Positions 25,927 through 39,400 are shown, counted from the stretch's first letter. The stretch: 64,000 nt of DNA from Octopus sinensis (GCF_006345805.1 NC_043013.1:25234001-25298000), one strand, 5' to 3'. The notes: a model not told the origin generated them from the letters alone. Translations and numbers: made by a program.

Positions 25927-28039
25927 TGTATATAGGTGCAGGAGTGACTGTGAGGTAAGTAGCTTGCTTACCAACCACATGGTTCCGGGTTCAGTCCCAC
26001 TTCATGGCACCTTGGGCAAGTGTCTTCTACTATAGCCTTGGGACGACCAAAAGATAGTGAGTGGATTTGGTTGACGGAAACTGAAAGAAGCATGCTGTAT
26101 ATGTGTGTGTGTGTGTGTTATGTCCCTGTAACTTAGCAGTTTGGCAAAAGAGATCGATAGGATAAGTACTAGGGTTACAAAGAATAAAGTCATCACCATT
26201 TAACATCCATTTTCCATGCTGGCATGGGTTGGATGGTTTCAGAGGAGTTGAGAAGCCAAAGGGTTGCACCAGGTCCCAATCATCTGTTTTGACAAGGGGA
26301 TGTCCTTCATAATGCCAGCCACCTTAAAGAATGTACTGGGTGCTTTTATATGTGAAACTGGCATGGGGAGATATCCACAACCTCAATCACCAGACATTAA
26401 CTGCTGTTAACTAGCAAACCCGACATAATCTTTGTCTTCAAGACAATTTCTACCTTGATTTCTTCCCCCAAAAAGATGATGGCCAACATGAATTTCCCAT
26501 GCCACTTTAGCATGCAGTCTTAGCCAACCATAACCCAGATCAGTTCACTTCACAGCAGAGACTATGTATACTGTGGTAGACCACAAGCCCAAGCAGCAGC
26601 GCCAATTTCACTCCATTCACCAGCCTTCCTTATTCAGAAGTCAACAGGAAAAACTCAGATCCAGTCAAGATGATTCTAGAACTCTTTGCTACTTCTAATC
26701 CATCCACACCATTATCACTAGAGGAGAGGCACGTAACTTAATGGTTAGGGTAATACATTCAAGATGTGATTGGGATTTCGATTCCTGGACAAGGTGATGT
26801 GTTGTCATCTTGAGCAAACATTTCATTTCAAACTGCTCCAGTTCACTCAGCTGGCAAAAATGAGTCGTCCAGTGACGGACTGGCACCCCATCCAGGGCTG
26901 AGTATATATTCCACAGAGTCCAGGAGACCAGCCTTATGAGTCTAAGGCTCGGGAAGGGCCTTTGATCCTTTTTGATTATCCTCAGTGAATCTGTGGAAGG
27001 TTTGAGTGGATAAGGCATTAGTCAACCACTTGTTAAATTGACGATAGTATCCTGTCACGAGTACAGTGTTATATTGTAGTCAAGACACTTCACTTTTCAT
27101 ACAATCGACCACTGCGGCCCACCTTACTAAAAATATGTACCATGGATTAGAAACAACTTTTTGCTAAGCAGTGCACAATTGATAATATTGAAGCGAAAGA
27201 ATCTTGGAGATTTCATATCGCGAATATAAATAACCCAATCTATGTATTAAGACAACTGATTATTATTTTTGAGAAAAATTTGTTAAATAAACTTCCAACT
27301 CTATATCCGCCAATGCCTAACTATTTGTCGTTTAGCCCCAAGTCAGTTGTTATTAACCCATATTTATTTCACGGTGTATCTAGAAAAACATTATCGAAAG
27401 TATCCTTTCTTTTATTAAGACGGTATGGCGTGATATGGAGAACATTTAGTTGTTTGTGTTTTAGCCCCAGGCTTACAATATTGTTCTCACATATGGAAAA
27501 GTAAATCTTTAAAACTAATATTTCTGAAATATTGTTCCTTGGTTGTGTAATTTGAGACAAATACCTTCAGACCAGATCGTGATTAGTCCGTTTGTATCAT
27601 ATTTAAACAATTCATTTCAAATTTTTATGATTTATTGTGAATTATTTTCTTTTGCTCTATTCAGTCTGACAACGGTAAATTTCTAAGAGATATTTCTATT
27701 ACACAGTTTTCCAATCAAATTCTAATTTTCAATATTATTACTAATTAATCATACTGAACATTCTATGCAGCAACATTTTCAATTGTCTTCAATGTATATA
27801 TTTATCACCAAAAAGAAAGAAAATGTAACCATATTTTCGCTCAAGTCGTCTGTTAAAGGGTTCTTCGTCGCCTCCCAGCTTCCCAACAAGTGACACGTTG
27901 ACATAAAAAGTCGATCATCATAAAATACATGTACATCTTTCGATATACACAAAACGACTAAATTCCTTCGAAACACAATTTAGTAATTAATTTAAGTACA
28001 TTACTGGTAAAGAAATGAAGCAATATTAATACGGTTTAC

Positions 28040-28110
28040 CTTTGTTTTTCTTGTCAGACTTAAGCGGACGATGTCGTCAATGGAATATATTACTTGTAGC
28101 AACAACTTCC
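28040..28110 (-). other. SEC61G: Probable non-coding exon 1 of SEC61G (5' end approximate)
   Basis: Donor AAAG|GTAAAC at 28039 in a CpG-retaining island next to an ETS motif. The first coding exon has an acceptor just before its ATG, so an upstream UTR exon is required. Confidence 0.55.
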
Positions 28111-28340
28111 GGAAAGGCAGAGTCCGATCTCAAATAAATCCCGTAATCTGATTGCACAAAATTAATTTAAATTTAAATATCTGAAATTATAATTAAAAAC
28201 ATTCATCTTCCGTATTTAAATTTAAGTTATTTTTTAGTACTAAATTGCATGTATCTTAATTAAGCTCAGTTTTTTAAAGTTGTCCGGTGAATATTTTTTC
28301 TTTAAACCGGAAGCAAATAGTGATGACCAATGACGTGTAT
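28105..28340. promoter_or_regulatory. Housekeeping-type promoter of SEC61G: ETS sites (ACTTCCGG 28105-28112, CCGGAAGC 28307-28314) and CCAAT/CRE-like CCAATGACGT near 28328
   Basis: Motifs read directly, adjacent to the putative exon 1 and within a CpG-retaining region. Confidence 0.5.
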
Positions 28341-28437
28341 TAGTTCACTGTTTAGTACCTTTTTTTTTTACTTTTTTTATTTTGTCTAAATAAATTTTTG
28401 ATTAAAACATCAAGTTAACGGTCGTAATAAATTTTTG

Positions 28438-29047
28438 GGATCTTTTCGGTTTGAACGGCAGTTTTTAACATAATTTTTAGGTAACTAAAAAATTTTAAAC
28501 TTCGTATACAGGTAGAATGTGTTTATAAAACATCATTTTCTCTTGGCTTTATTGAGAAAATTCTAAAGGTTGTAACATATTTCGTCTAATATTTCTTGCA
28601 TTTCGGCAATTTTAACCAATCGCTGAGCGTCCATTGACACGGCTAGGAAAAACTCCCATTTACCCTAGCGGTGTCGTATGAAATTGTCACCCATAATTAT
28701 AACCCTAGTATCGATCTATTGCATTTCAATCTATTTTAGATTTAGGGTTAGGGGTGAGGGAAGGGTATCTTTTTTCTTCACAAATGTAAATAAACCCAAT
28801 CTGTTTCTTAAACGAGGGACATTGATGACGCACAGAATGCTTTCACCTCAATGGACGGTCAGCGATTGGTTAAAACTGATGAAATGCAAGAAATTTTAGA
28901 TGAAATATGTTACAAACTATAGAATTTTCTCAATAAAGCCAAGAGAAAATGATGTTTTATAAACACATTCTACCAGTATATGAAGTTTAAAATTTTTTAG
29001 TTGCCTAGAAATTATGTTACAAACTGCCGTTCAAACTGAAAAGATCC
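28438..29047. mobile_element. MITE with 200-bp TIRs starting GG and an 8-bp TSD (aatttttg); Merlin-like
   Basis: Arms 28438-28637 and 28848-29047 are near-perfect reverse complements, and the TSD was read on both sides. The superfamily assignment is inferred. Confidence 0.8.
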
Positions 29048-29460
29048 AATTTTTGATTAAAACATTAGGTTAACGGTCGTAAAAAAGTGAAAGTAAATAG
29101 TGATAGAAATGGAAAGTGACGACACTCACCCACATATATTATTTGGATTTTTATGAGTAGAGGAAAAGGAATTGGCCAGTGTTGTCCGAGTAAATCTATA
29201 GGAACAATGCCACCTCCCCTCCCCATTTGTTTCTCTACAGCTTATTAAATGCGCGTGATTATTGCATTTCTCATGTGTAACAGTGCTGACTATCATGCAT
29301 CACCATACAAGCCATTGAATTACTTTCTTATGTATAGTACTTTGGAAAGGTGTACTGCAGCTACTAGTTCTGAAATACTTAATATATTACTAGAATTTAC
29401 TATACATGTAGGTGCGTGTGGCAATGGTATAGTGAGAGAGTTCTTCATGCTCTTTTTTTA

Positions 29461-31294
29461 ATGAAATTTTGGCATGTCACTATCATCACAAGGTTTCTAT
29501 TGCAATTTACTTTCAATTTGTAGGACAATTTACTTTCACTATTTTACAGTGGTAAACCAGTTGCATAGCTAGAGTGTATACCGTATGGAGCAGCCTTTTA
29601 GTCTGTTGGACCGCAATTTTTTTTCCCACGAGAGTTCTGGACCTCAGTTATGCACTCATTTGCATACAGCCAATCAGAGCAAAACTATGAAACTAGTGTC
29701 CACTAGTCGCGAAAATACTCTAGTTGAGTTCAGTGGAAAATGTGCGTTTTAGCAAAATGTAACTCTTCTAAATGGGTTAATAGGGGTGACAAATGTGAAA
29801 TTTAGTGTATCAAGTGAATGGAGAGCTGCTTACCGATGATGCCATAAGTGTTGCTAATTTGTGTAATTTACTAGAAAATGTAAATGAGTGTAGTTTCCTA
29901 ATTTTTAGACTGATTTTGTAATTCCTGATTTAAAATGTTTGCATTGATCTGGAAACATTGTAATCAATATGGCGCCCACCTAGCATTTATCAATGGGTAC
30001 ATGCAGTATCCACTAATCTCAGTCTGAGCATAGGTACCAAGTGTTAGTTCGATATAGAGATACTGTTCAATTGATCTATGAGGATGGTGGTGGGATGCTT
30101 ATGTGAGACCTGCTATGCTGTACTCACAGAGTGACATACACCATTCTATGCCTGACTGGCTATACTGTAGTAGTACACAGTATGTGGATTTTCAAGGTGA
30201 GCTCTGATTGGCTGTATGCAAATGAGTTCATAATTGAGGTCCGGAACTCTCATGGAAAAAAAAAAACTTCATTGCCCTTCCTCCTTCATATCCACCCCAT
30301 ATGCATGCATACCCAAAATTGCCATACCAATAAAAGCGTCACTTGGGGCGAAGTGTCCCCCTGCCTCTGTTCCCTAGCTATATACAGAGGTAGACTGCTT
30401 GTTAAACGAAAAACTTTGGGCACAACTACAGTTTGGTGTTGTCTCACCTTACAGATTTTGTTTTCTCACAGCTTTCTTTAAAGTGAAATCTTTTTGAGAA
30501 GCATTTTCAAGAGCGAAACTTAATTATTTTGATTAAATTTTGGGATAAGTTTCAGATAACCACCACCTCTTTCAGTCGTGATAAAGTGAACTCATGGAGC
30601 CATGGAAACAAAGAAGTGCCCATGAAATGCCATGAAAAATATGTATTTTTAAGAAGGTTTTCCAGGGAGTAAATCAAGAGTGAATTGGAGGAAAGGGGAG
30701 AAACTAATCTTTTACTTGTTTCAGTTACCGAACAGTGGCCATGTTGGGGCAATGCAATATCTTGTCAAACAAAGCGACCCAGTATATATTCAACCAGTCT
30801 CTTTTGCTGAACCAGTAGGTAATGAGGACATCAACAAACCAACACAACTGTAGATCAGAGTCAAATAGCAGGATAAACACGCAGAGTAAGTCAGTGAGAT
30901 AGATAGATAGATAGATAGATAGATGGACAGAGACAGACAGACAGACAGACAGACAGATAGATTGATAGACAGATAGATTGACAGAGATACAATGGGCTTC
31001 CACAGTTTCCATCAATCAAATTCCTTCACAAGGTATTGGTTGGCCCTGGGCTATAATAGTACATATTTGCCAAAAGTGCTACACAATAAATGGCGGTGCC
31101 CCAGCATGGCCACAGCTCATGAGCTGAAACTAGAATCAATCAATCAATAGGACTGAACACAACTTTTTAAGTATAATTGTATTTTACACCATTGAAAATA
31201 GGTCAACATGCCGTGTAAAAAAAGTGAAAGTAAATTGTCCTAAAAAATGAAAGTAGATTGTGGAAGTGATGATTGTGACCTAGCAAAATTTCAT
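29461..31294. mobile_element. Old composite inverted-repeat element (outer arms 29461-29549 / 31214-31294; inner arms 29617-29680 / 30201-30266)
   Basis: Two pairs of reverse-complementary arms read directly; later repeat insertions inside. Confidence 0.55.
30897..30988. repeat. Compound (AGAT)n(AGAC)n microsatellite
   Basis: Read directly. Confidence 0.95.
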
Positions 31295-31934
31295 AAAATA
31301 TGTTTGATATCTGATGGGTAGGCTTCCTATGTGTGCCTCAGCATCTTTTATACACATGAAGTTGCCAGTCATTCACTCAGTTTTGTTGATCCAAATGATG
31401 ACAGCATCCATATACAGACTATTAGAAATGTGATAGGATGAAATTATGGGATGTTACTGTTATCACTTCTGGTTTTTATTGCAATATACTTTCATGTTTT
31501 TAAAGGACACATCCGCTTTTTTTATGACTGTAAATTGCATGTTAACCCCAAAATATATATCTAGATATTTACGTTATAAAATTTGCCTTTCACAAAATCT
31601 AGTGGGGCAGAATGATATGCTCCCATTTATCTGAAATATGTCCCTCTGTGCATAATAATAATCTAATTCTCAACCAAGGTCCACATAATCCTTGGTAGTT
31701 CATATAACATGTGAGAGTCCACATAAAACAGGGGTGCATATGGTCCTTAGAAGTTCATATGGCCCTTGGGAGACCACCTAAGATTTAGCATGCCAGGTAA
31801 AATGCTTAGCAACATTTCATCCAACTTTACATTCTGAGTTCAAATTCCGCTGAGGTTGACTTTGCCTTTCATCCTTTTGGGGTTGATAAAATAAGTAAAT
31901 TTTATAAAGAAATTTGTGGGTAAAATCTTTTCTG

Positions 31935-32850
31935 AAGTGGTGGGAAGATGACTTTGGAAAATTCACAAGATCCGAGTTTTTTCACCCATAACTGTTAGGG
32001 ATTTTTTTTTTTTTAATGAAATTGTATATAAATACCTTTCAAACAACATGCATTACGGATGCCTAATGTGCAGCAAACCTCTTATTTTTGTTTGGAAAAA
32101 GTTGGGGGAGGGGCAGAATTATTGGAAAATGTTTTTCTTTTTTCGATGAATGAATTACGGTGACCTAATATGCCATAAAACACTTTTTTGTCCGGAAAAT
32201 GGGGGTGGTTTCTTTCTTTGAAATTTCATTAAATTTTTACAAGTACACCTTTACCATAATTAGGAATCCAAAGAAATTTTTTTTTTAAAAATGCGTTTTT
32301 GAATATGAGGTGCAAAAATGCATTAGCTTTCTTTCTTTACCCATATTCTAAGATAACATTTTGCAGAAGTATGTTTTCTAGAGTGTGGATTACATTAAGA
32401 ATGAAAATTCAAACAAGTGTGAAAAGAATAATAAGGGAAAATGCTGAAGCTATAAAAATTAGTGGTAATGAAGTTGGGACAGAAAAGAGAAAAAAATGAT
32501 ACAAAATCCTTACAAATACCACGTTAGTGTTTGTGTGTGAAACAAGTAAAATTATAATATTAAAACAAAATATCTTTTACATACCTCTTAAAAATCACTG
32601 GATATATTAATCCCAGATTGCAGATTGTGGCATATTAGGTCACTGTAATTCATTCATTGAAAACAATAAAACATTTTCCAATAATTCCAGTTTCCCTCCC
32701 TTTTTTTCTGAACAAAAATAAGGGATTTGTGGCACATTAGGCATCCATAATGCATGCCACTTGAAAGGTATATATATACAATTTCTTTTAAAAGATATCC
32801 ATTTTCCTTAAAATCAGATCTTGTGAATTTTCCGAAGTCCTCTCACCCCA
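31935..32850. mobile_element. Foldback element, arms about 31935-32178 and 32627-32850
   Basis: Reverse-complementary arms; shares a ggaaaatt(t/c)ac..ga.ccg motif with the 7492-8194 element. Confidence 0.65.
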
Positions 32851-33616
32851 ACTCCCGTTGCTTTGCACATATTTTTGTTTTCATATTTGTTTCCTTAAAA
32901 AAAATATTTCGTTTCCAGGTGATATCGTAAACATTAACCCAGGATTTTATTAGTAATATTTAGGTAATGAATTTCTGATAACGTATCAAGAGTTGTCTCC
33001 CATACATCTCCTTTCTTCTACTGGCTTCAGTCATTGTGCCACATCCAAGTGAGAGACACCACTTTCAAGTGTTTTGATAGATCTTATCAACCCCTTTACT
33101 TATTCCCTTGTGGTCCTTACTTTATGTTAAGTTTAACCTTGTTTCATAAAGACGTACCAATTTACACTGGCATACTAAGGCATATGATAAATATCCATGC
33201 TGTTTCTGTCTACCAAATTTTACTCAAAGTATCGAAGTTCAGTAGGAGACTTGCTTAATCTTCATGGTTGTGAAGCAAATTCCTTTACCCTACAATACAA
33301 TGCCTCTCTATTTAAACTAGCTCGCCATCAGTGACAACAATGAGCATTTCATTAATGGAACACCCACCTCGTGCAAGTGGTTGAGCACACATCAAACAGG
33401 TGTACCCTTAATGTAGCTCTCAGGGAGGTTGTGTGTGATAAGGCTGGCCCATTGAATTACAGGTACAATTCATTTTTGCCAGCTGAATGGACTGGAGCAA
33501 CGTAAGATAAAACATCTTCCTTAACAACACAGAGCCACCAGGAATCGAACCTACGAGCTTGCAATCACGAGCCAAATAGCCTAACCATTAGGCCACATAT
33601 ATTCACCTCTCCCCTT

Positions 33617-33658
<42 letters not shown>

Positions 33659-35694
33659 CTCTAGAGAACATTCTTTCTTTGTAGTTTGATCGTAGGTGAT
33701 CTATTTCTAGCATATGGCTGTCCACATAGTGGTTTTTAGCTTTTAAAATATACACATTTATTAGAATTTTCTCTGATTTTTCAGATTTTTATATGCTAGG
33801 CTGCTGGTTTTAAATTGATATTAATTAAATTAATATTCAATTTATCTCCCTCATTATTTAAATATATATATATATATCCAAATTTTATAGTATTAAGTAT
33901 CCATTATGGCTGGCCTTACCAATCAGTTTTGTGCAAAGAATTTGAAATCAATATTTCTTAAGGCAGTGAGCTGGCAGAATTATTAAGCACACCAGACAAA
34001 ATGCTTGGTGGTATTTTATCTGTACATTCCGAGTTCAAATTCTGCCAAGGTCCACTTTGCTTTCCATCCTTTCATGGTCGATAAAATAAGTACCAGTTGG
34101 ACACAGGGGTCAATGTAATTGACTAACCCGCTCACACGAAGTTGCTGGCCTAGTGCCAAAATTTGAAATCAATCATATTTCTTTACATATTTTGACACGT
34201 TGTACCTTTCCAGGAACTATTGCTGTCTGAAAACCGAATTTCTCATTCCTTAAGAATCACCATGCTGTATTTATATATTTTTCCTTTTAATTATTTTCTG
34301 TTCATTGGCACACAATTCCCATCTAAACAATGGTGCTGTTGCTACACTCACAACCAAATTCCAGGCTATACCCAAAGGAAAGCTATCCAACTGACCAGCA
34401 AAGAAACAATCACCAATAACACATTAACATACAAGCAAGCTGTTTCTCCTCCTCTCACTACTTCGTCAGCATTTGCTCTTCTTAACAGACCAATTGCTTA
34501 CTCTTTTCTCTGGACCCACTTATTTTCCTTCCCATTTACATTTTCCTTATGGACATTGACATTTGATTTTTCAAGCTAAACATCAACCATAATCTCTCAA
34601 GAGTGAGGGAGTTTACAGAGATCATGGGCATTGCTTCCATTTCTATCTTCTTGGCACCTTAGCCTCATAATCTTTGTCTTCAAACTCATACATTATTTAT
34701 ATCAAAGACACAAGAAATTAATGATACTAGCAGATTTGATGAACATTTTTTTTTTTTGCTGTAAAATAAAAGATAAATAAATAAATAAAATGAAGTACTT
34801 AAAAATGCTTTATTCAAAACGTTTAAAAAAATTCCTTTGTCTTTTGGTACATTTCTTTTAAAAAAATATCTTGTAGAAATATAAATTTTATGAGTATAAT
34901 TTTCTTTCTCTAAGAGACCACAATCAGCATTCCATAAAAAGAAACCAAAAGGTTTCTACTTTCCAAAACAATTTCCATTTTTCTTAAGAGAATTCTATAA
35001 AATTAGAACAGTTTATTTGGAAAACTGTATATTCTCCAAAAAAGCATATTTCTTTGCAGAAATTAAGTGTTGGACAGTTGACAAATTCTTTTCCATTTTG
35101 TCATAGAAGACTACATTATATTAAGACAATTAAATTCCAGTTATTATTAAAATAATTGAAATATTCTTTAAAATCCTGGTGCTTAATATTGTTCTTCTAA
35201 AATTTCATAGGCTATTTGTTCTTCTCGTTCAAAGGCTGGCAAATCAGAAATTCTTCTAAGACATCTCAGTACAAATATCTAAAGTTAATAAAAAGACAGT
35301 AATTTGTTAAATAAATATTTTTTTGTGAAACAAAAGATACACAGTTTATTTGATTACATTTTACCATAATCTGAACCAATAACCAATCACATTAGCAAAC
35401 AGATTATTCTTTCAAATGTAATGCTTATTTATTCCATTATTTTAAATTAATCATGTATTATCCTTTAATTTCAAGATTTCAATGATTTGTTTGCTTTACA
35501 CTTACTTGAATCTTTTTTTTTAATGCTAAATATAGAAAAAAACCCAGAAAAAACCTGCAAAACAAATGAAGATGGTATTTTCTACAACACAAATCTAGAA
35601 CAATAAACGTAAAATTCTGTCTGTTTGTCAATCCTGGATCCCCTGTATCTCAATCTACATTTGCTCTACATAGACATATTATACTTTTTTGGAA

Positions 35695-35784
35695 TCAGGA
35701 TATTCCTGAGATTGAAAACCTGCCTTCATTTAGTTCTTGAACATCCAACATTGGGATCAACTCTGGATGAGGATTTCTTATATG
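35695..35784 (-). CDS. Candidate terminal Nramp exon (HIRNPHPELIPMLDVQELNEGRFSISGIS stop)
   Basis: Acceptor aatttcaattgttag; phase-0 open frame in unique sequence, followed by about 900 nt of repeat-poor AT-rich UTR-like sequence with AATAAA near 34810. No transcript evidence. Confidence 0.4.
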   Translation of the reverse strand, partial: HIRNPHPELIPMLDVQELNEGRFSISGIS

Positions 35785-38063
35785 CTAACAATTGAAATTT
35801 TAAATTTTGAAAGAACTCCAAAAATTTGTAAACTTTGTGAAGTTTTTCATTGAATTTAAAGTAATACCATATTGGTAGGGTACCAATAAATGCTTTATTA
35901 TTATTATTGCTCTCTTTAGTTTTGGGCTGCAGGTCCAATTAGCCCTCTGCAGGAGCCACATTAAAGGTCTGTATAGATTGCAGCTTTAAGCTAGTCAACA
36001 AAATGTGTCAGTATTATTAAACAATTGCTGGTCTGTTCAAATCTATGACATGGACAAAGACCTTCCAGTCCTGAGAAGCAGATATAAGAGGTCTAGTGTG
36101 TTGGTTTGAGTTAAACTTTGGGTGACCAGTTGCTACCATCATCATCATCATCGTTGTTGTTTAACGCCTGCTTTCCATGCTGGCGTGGGTTGGAGGGTTT
36201 GACTGAGGGCTGGCGAGCTGGAAGGCTGTACCAGGCTCAAATCCGATCTAGTAATATTTCTAGAGCTGGATGCCCTTCCTAATGCCAACCACTCCAAGAG
36301 TGAAGTGGGTGATTTTTATGTACCACCGGCACGAAGGCCAGACAGGCAGTACTGGCATCAGCCATGCTCAGATGGTGCTTTTTATGTGCTACCAGCATGA
36401 GAGCCAGTCTGGTGGCACTGGCATTGATCACGCTCAAATGGTGCTTTTTATATGCCATTAGCATGGGAGCCAATCAGGCAGCAGTGTCATTGGCCACAAC
36501 AACGACTGTTTTTAATCTTTATTATGATGTCTTAAGGTCTGAGAATCAAAATAAGTTGCATGTACTTGAAAGCTGTTAAGGACTTTGTCTCTTCACTTGC
36601 TCACTGCAATAGCTGTGTCAGAGGTCTCTGGTTGGCTCCTTGTGAATATGTAAACATTTATATAAGAATGCATTTGAGAGAGAGAGAGTGTATGTGCCTA
36701 CAAATATCCATTTTTTCGCATGTACAATTCTTGGAACGTATATTTATTACTTTAAACCCTTCAAATGGTATATATTGCTTTCAAACAATTTTCAGAATGA
36801 TCAAGAGTTTGGCAGGATTTAGTGAACTAATTATCTTGGTCATAATGAAACTATCGTTTCAAACAATATAAGGAAACCTCACATAAACCAATGATTATTC
36901 AAACTTAGATGTGGGCACTTTACTCTGTTGCACATATTTGTACCAGTACTTTCGCTGCCCATATCAGTCCTGTACACATTTGATTTATGAAATATACCAA
37001 ACAGCTGATTCTCAAAGAATTATTATTGTTGTTGTTGTTATTGTTATTATTATTATTCTCTGCCTTTGCTGCTGTCGTCTACATTCACTTTCCATGCTGG
37101 CCTGGGTTGGAAGGTTTCACTGGGAACCAGTGAGGTGCAGAGCCACACTGAGCACCAATGTCATCTTTGGCATGGTTTCTACCCAACCATTTTACAGAGT
37201 GTACTGGGTGCTTTTTATGTGGCACCAGCACTAGTGAAGTTGCCATGCAATTTGCAAGACAGAAAGTAGAGAAAAAGGAAAGGAAAAAACTCCCACAACT
37301 AAGAGGAAGCCTTTGGGAAGGGGGAAGGCAGATGCGGGTGGTTGTATACCAGGTGTTGACAGAGGGACAAGCACAAGTGTTTTGCTGTAGAGGAGAGATG
37401 CTTTTTATGTGCCACCTGCACAGGAGCCAGTGCTGCACTGGCAATGACCAAGCTTGAATAGTGTTTTTTATGTGCCACCAGCCCTGGCAACAATCAACAA
37501 AATAATTTGCACATCTTGAATTTGCAATCCAAGTGTAAATGCTTTGTTTTGTGTACCACTGTTTACTTTACCCAGAAAACAGAGAACCGGGTTAATACAA
37601 AAAGGCTAACAAACTAATCAGGGAGATTTACCTTTTATATACTTAATACAGAAACTAAATTAAGGATTAGCACCAGCTCTAATTAAGCATTGTATGTTTT
37701 AAAGGGTTAACTCAAAGTTAAACAGAAGTCATAGGTATTTGTTGAATTCAATCTAACTGCTATTCCTATCTTACAACATTAATTATAAGTGATTGGAAGG
37801 GAATTAATTAGGATCATATTTTTTAAACATACAAACAGAAACTTACCTTTAATTTGAGGCAATTCTTCCTCCCAATACCCTAAAAAAAGAAAATTGTTAA
37901 TGTTATAATTGAAAAAAGGCTTGTGCAAAACATCTTTTGAACATTTTTTTTTTTTTTTGAGGACTTAGGATTTTAGAGAGAAAACTTTCACCAAATACAT
38001 CATAAAAGGTCACTGAATATTTTATTTGAGTGTTTGTGGAGTATGAAATCCAGCATGCTTTTA

Positions 38064-38629
38064 TTGGGTTGTCTGGAAAGTTCGTGCCAATTTTTAAAGG
38101 AAAGAAAAAGGTCAATAAATACTTGCCATTACATTTTTAATCAACCAAATATGAACCATTTTGTTGCACAATGCGTCTCCATCTTTCCTTTAACTTGAAA
38201 ATACACTCTTCCCAGAATTGAGAGGGCTTCATGGCAAAGAATTCATCAAGGTATCTTTTTATGTCATCCAAGGAATTGAAATTTTTACTATTAAGACTAT
38301 TCTGCAGAGACTTGAATAAGTGGAAATCTGAAGGAGCAATATCTGGTGAATATGGAGGGTGGGGTAACACATCCCAGCTGAGCTGCAGCAATTTTTGTCT
38401 GGTTCCCAAAGCATCAAGTGCCGAAAATGAACTTTCTCATCTTCCATATTAAAGGGTTACAGAATTAACACAGGTTATAGGAACATAAACCTTCTTCCAT
38501 GAAAGGATAGTTTAATCTGTGCTCTAAATGGAGGTTTAGTCAAATCCTATTTTATGGACTCAACCATGTTCTAAAATAAGTCGAAAGGTAAGCTACTATA
38601 AATCAGCATGAACTTTCCGGACAATCCAA
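38064..38629 (-). mobile_element. Internally deleted non-autonomous mariner (566 bp)
   Basis: TIRs ttgggttgtctggaaagttcgtgc / gcatgaactttccggacaatccaa with TA TSDs; the N-terminal MEDEKVHFRHLML is fused to the C-terminal HPPYSPDIAPSDFHLF...NGSYLVD. Confidence 0.92.
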
Positions 38630-39364
38630 TATAATAAAGATATTTCACATATACAGTATATCTCCCTTAATTACATTTTAGTGAGCAGAGCTTTAGCCTT
38701 TGGAACTATATGTATATATATTAGTTAGTTCTCTCTGTGCCACTAGGCACATAAAGCCACAACACAATTTTTCCAACCAATTGTTTTCTACCATTATTCC
38801 GATCTCATCCCAGCTTCACCTTTTCTTGTGAATGGTTCTTTGCCATGTGATTATAAGATGCCCTGCTGCTCTCTTCCCCTCAGGCTTTCACTTTAGTGCC
38901 ACCATACAATCACTTTCTCGATCTTGTCTGAAGATGTGTTCAATCCAGTTCCAGCATCCACATCTTAATTTGTCACAAATCCTGTTGATGCTTGCTGTCG
39001 TCTCAACTGTGTCATTTCAGACTCTTTGCAGCTACTTGATGTCAAGTATTCTTCTTAAACATTTGAATTGAAAGCTGTCTGTTGTTTTTTCTTCCATTTT
39101 TGTCGCTTCCTAGTTTTCACATCCATAGAATAATACTTGGCAAAACAGTTACAGAAGTCTGGTGCAGTCCTCGGCCTGACTGGCTTTTGTGGTATTGTCC
39201 CAACCATGCTAGCATGGAACACAGATATAAAATGATGATAATGTACCTCAAAAGCATCTGTGATTTTCTGGGAAATGAGCCAAACTTCAGTCTTGTAATC
39301 TTGAGTATATTGCAGCTGACTGGACCAGGTGGTACAACCTTTGCTCCAAGGCAGCAAACAACTT

Positions 39365-39400
39365 TCAAACCATTTGGCATCTGCAGCACTTCAGGGTAAG
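39365..39400 (-). CDS. Candidate post-TM12 Nramp exon (LTLKCCRCQMV stop)
   Basis: Good acceptor ctgtgtctctcacag and in phase with the TM12 exon, but it reaches TGA after 11 codons; see findings. Confidence 0.3.
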   Translation of the reverse strand, partial: LTLKCCRCQMV

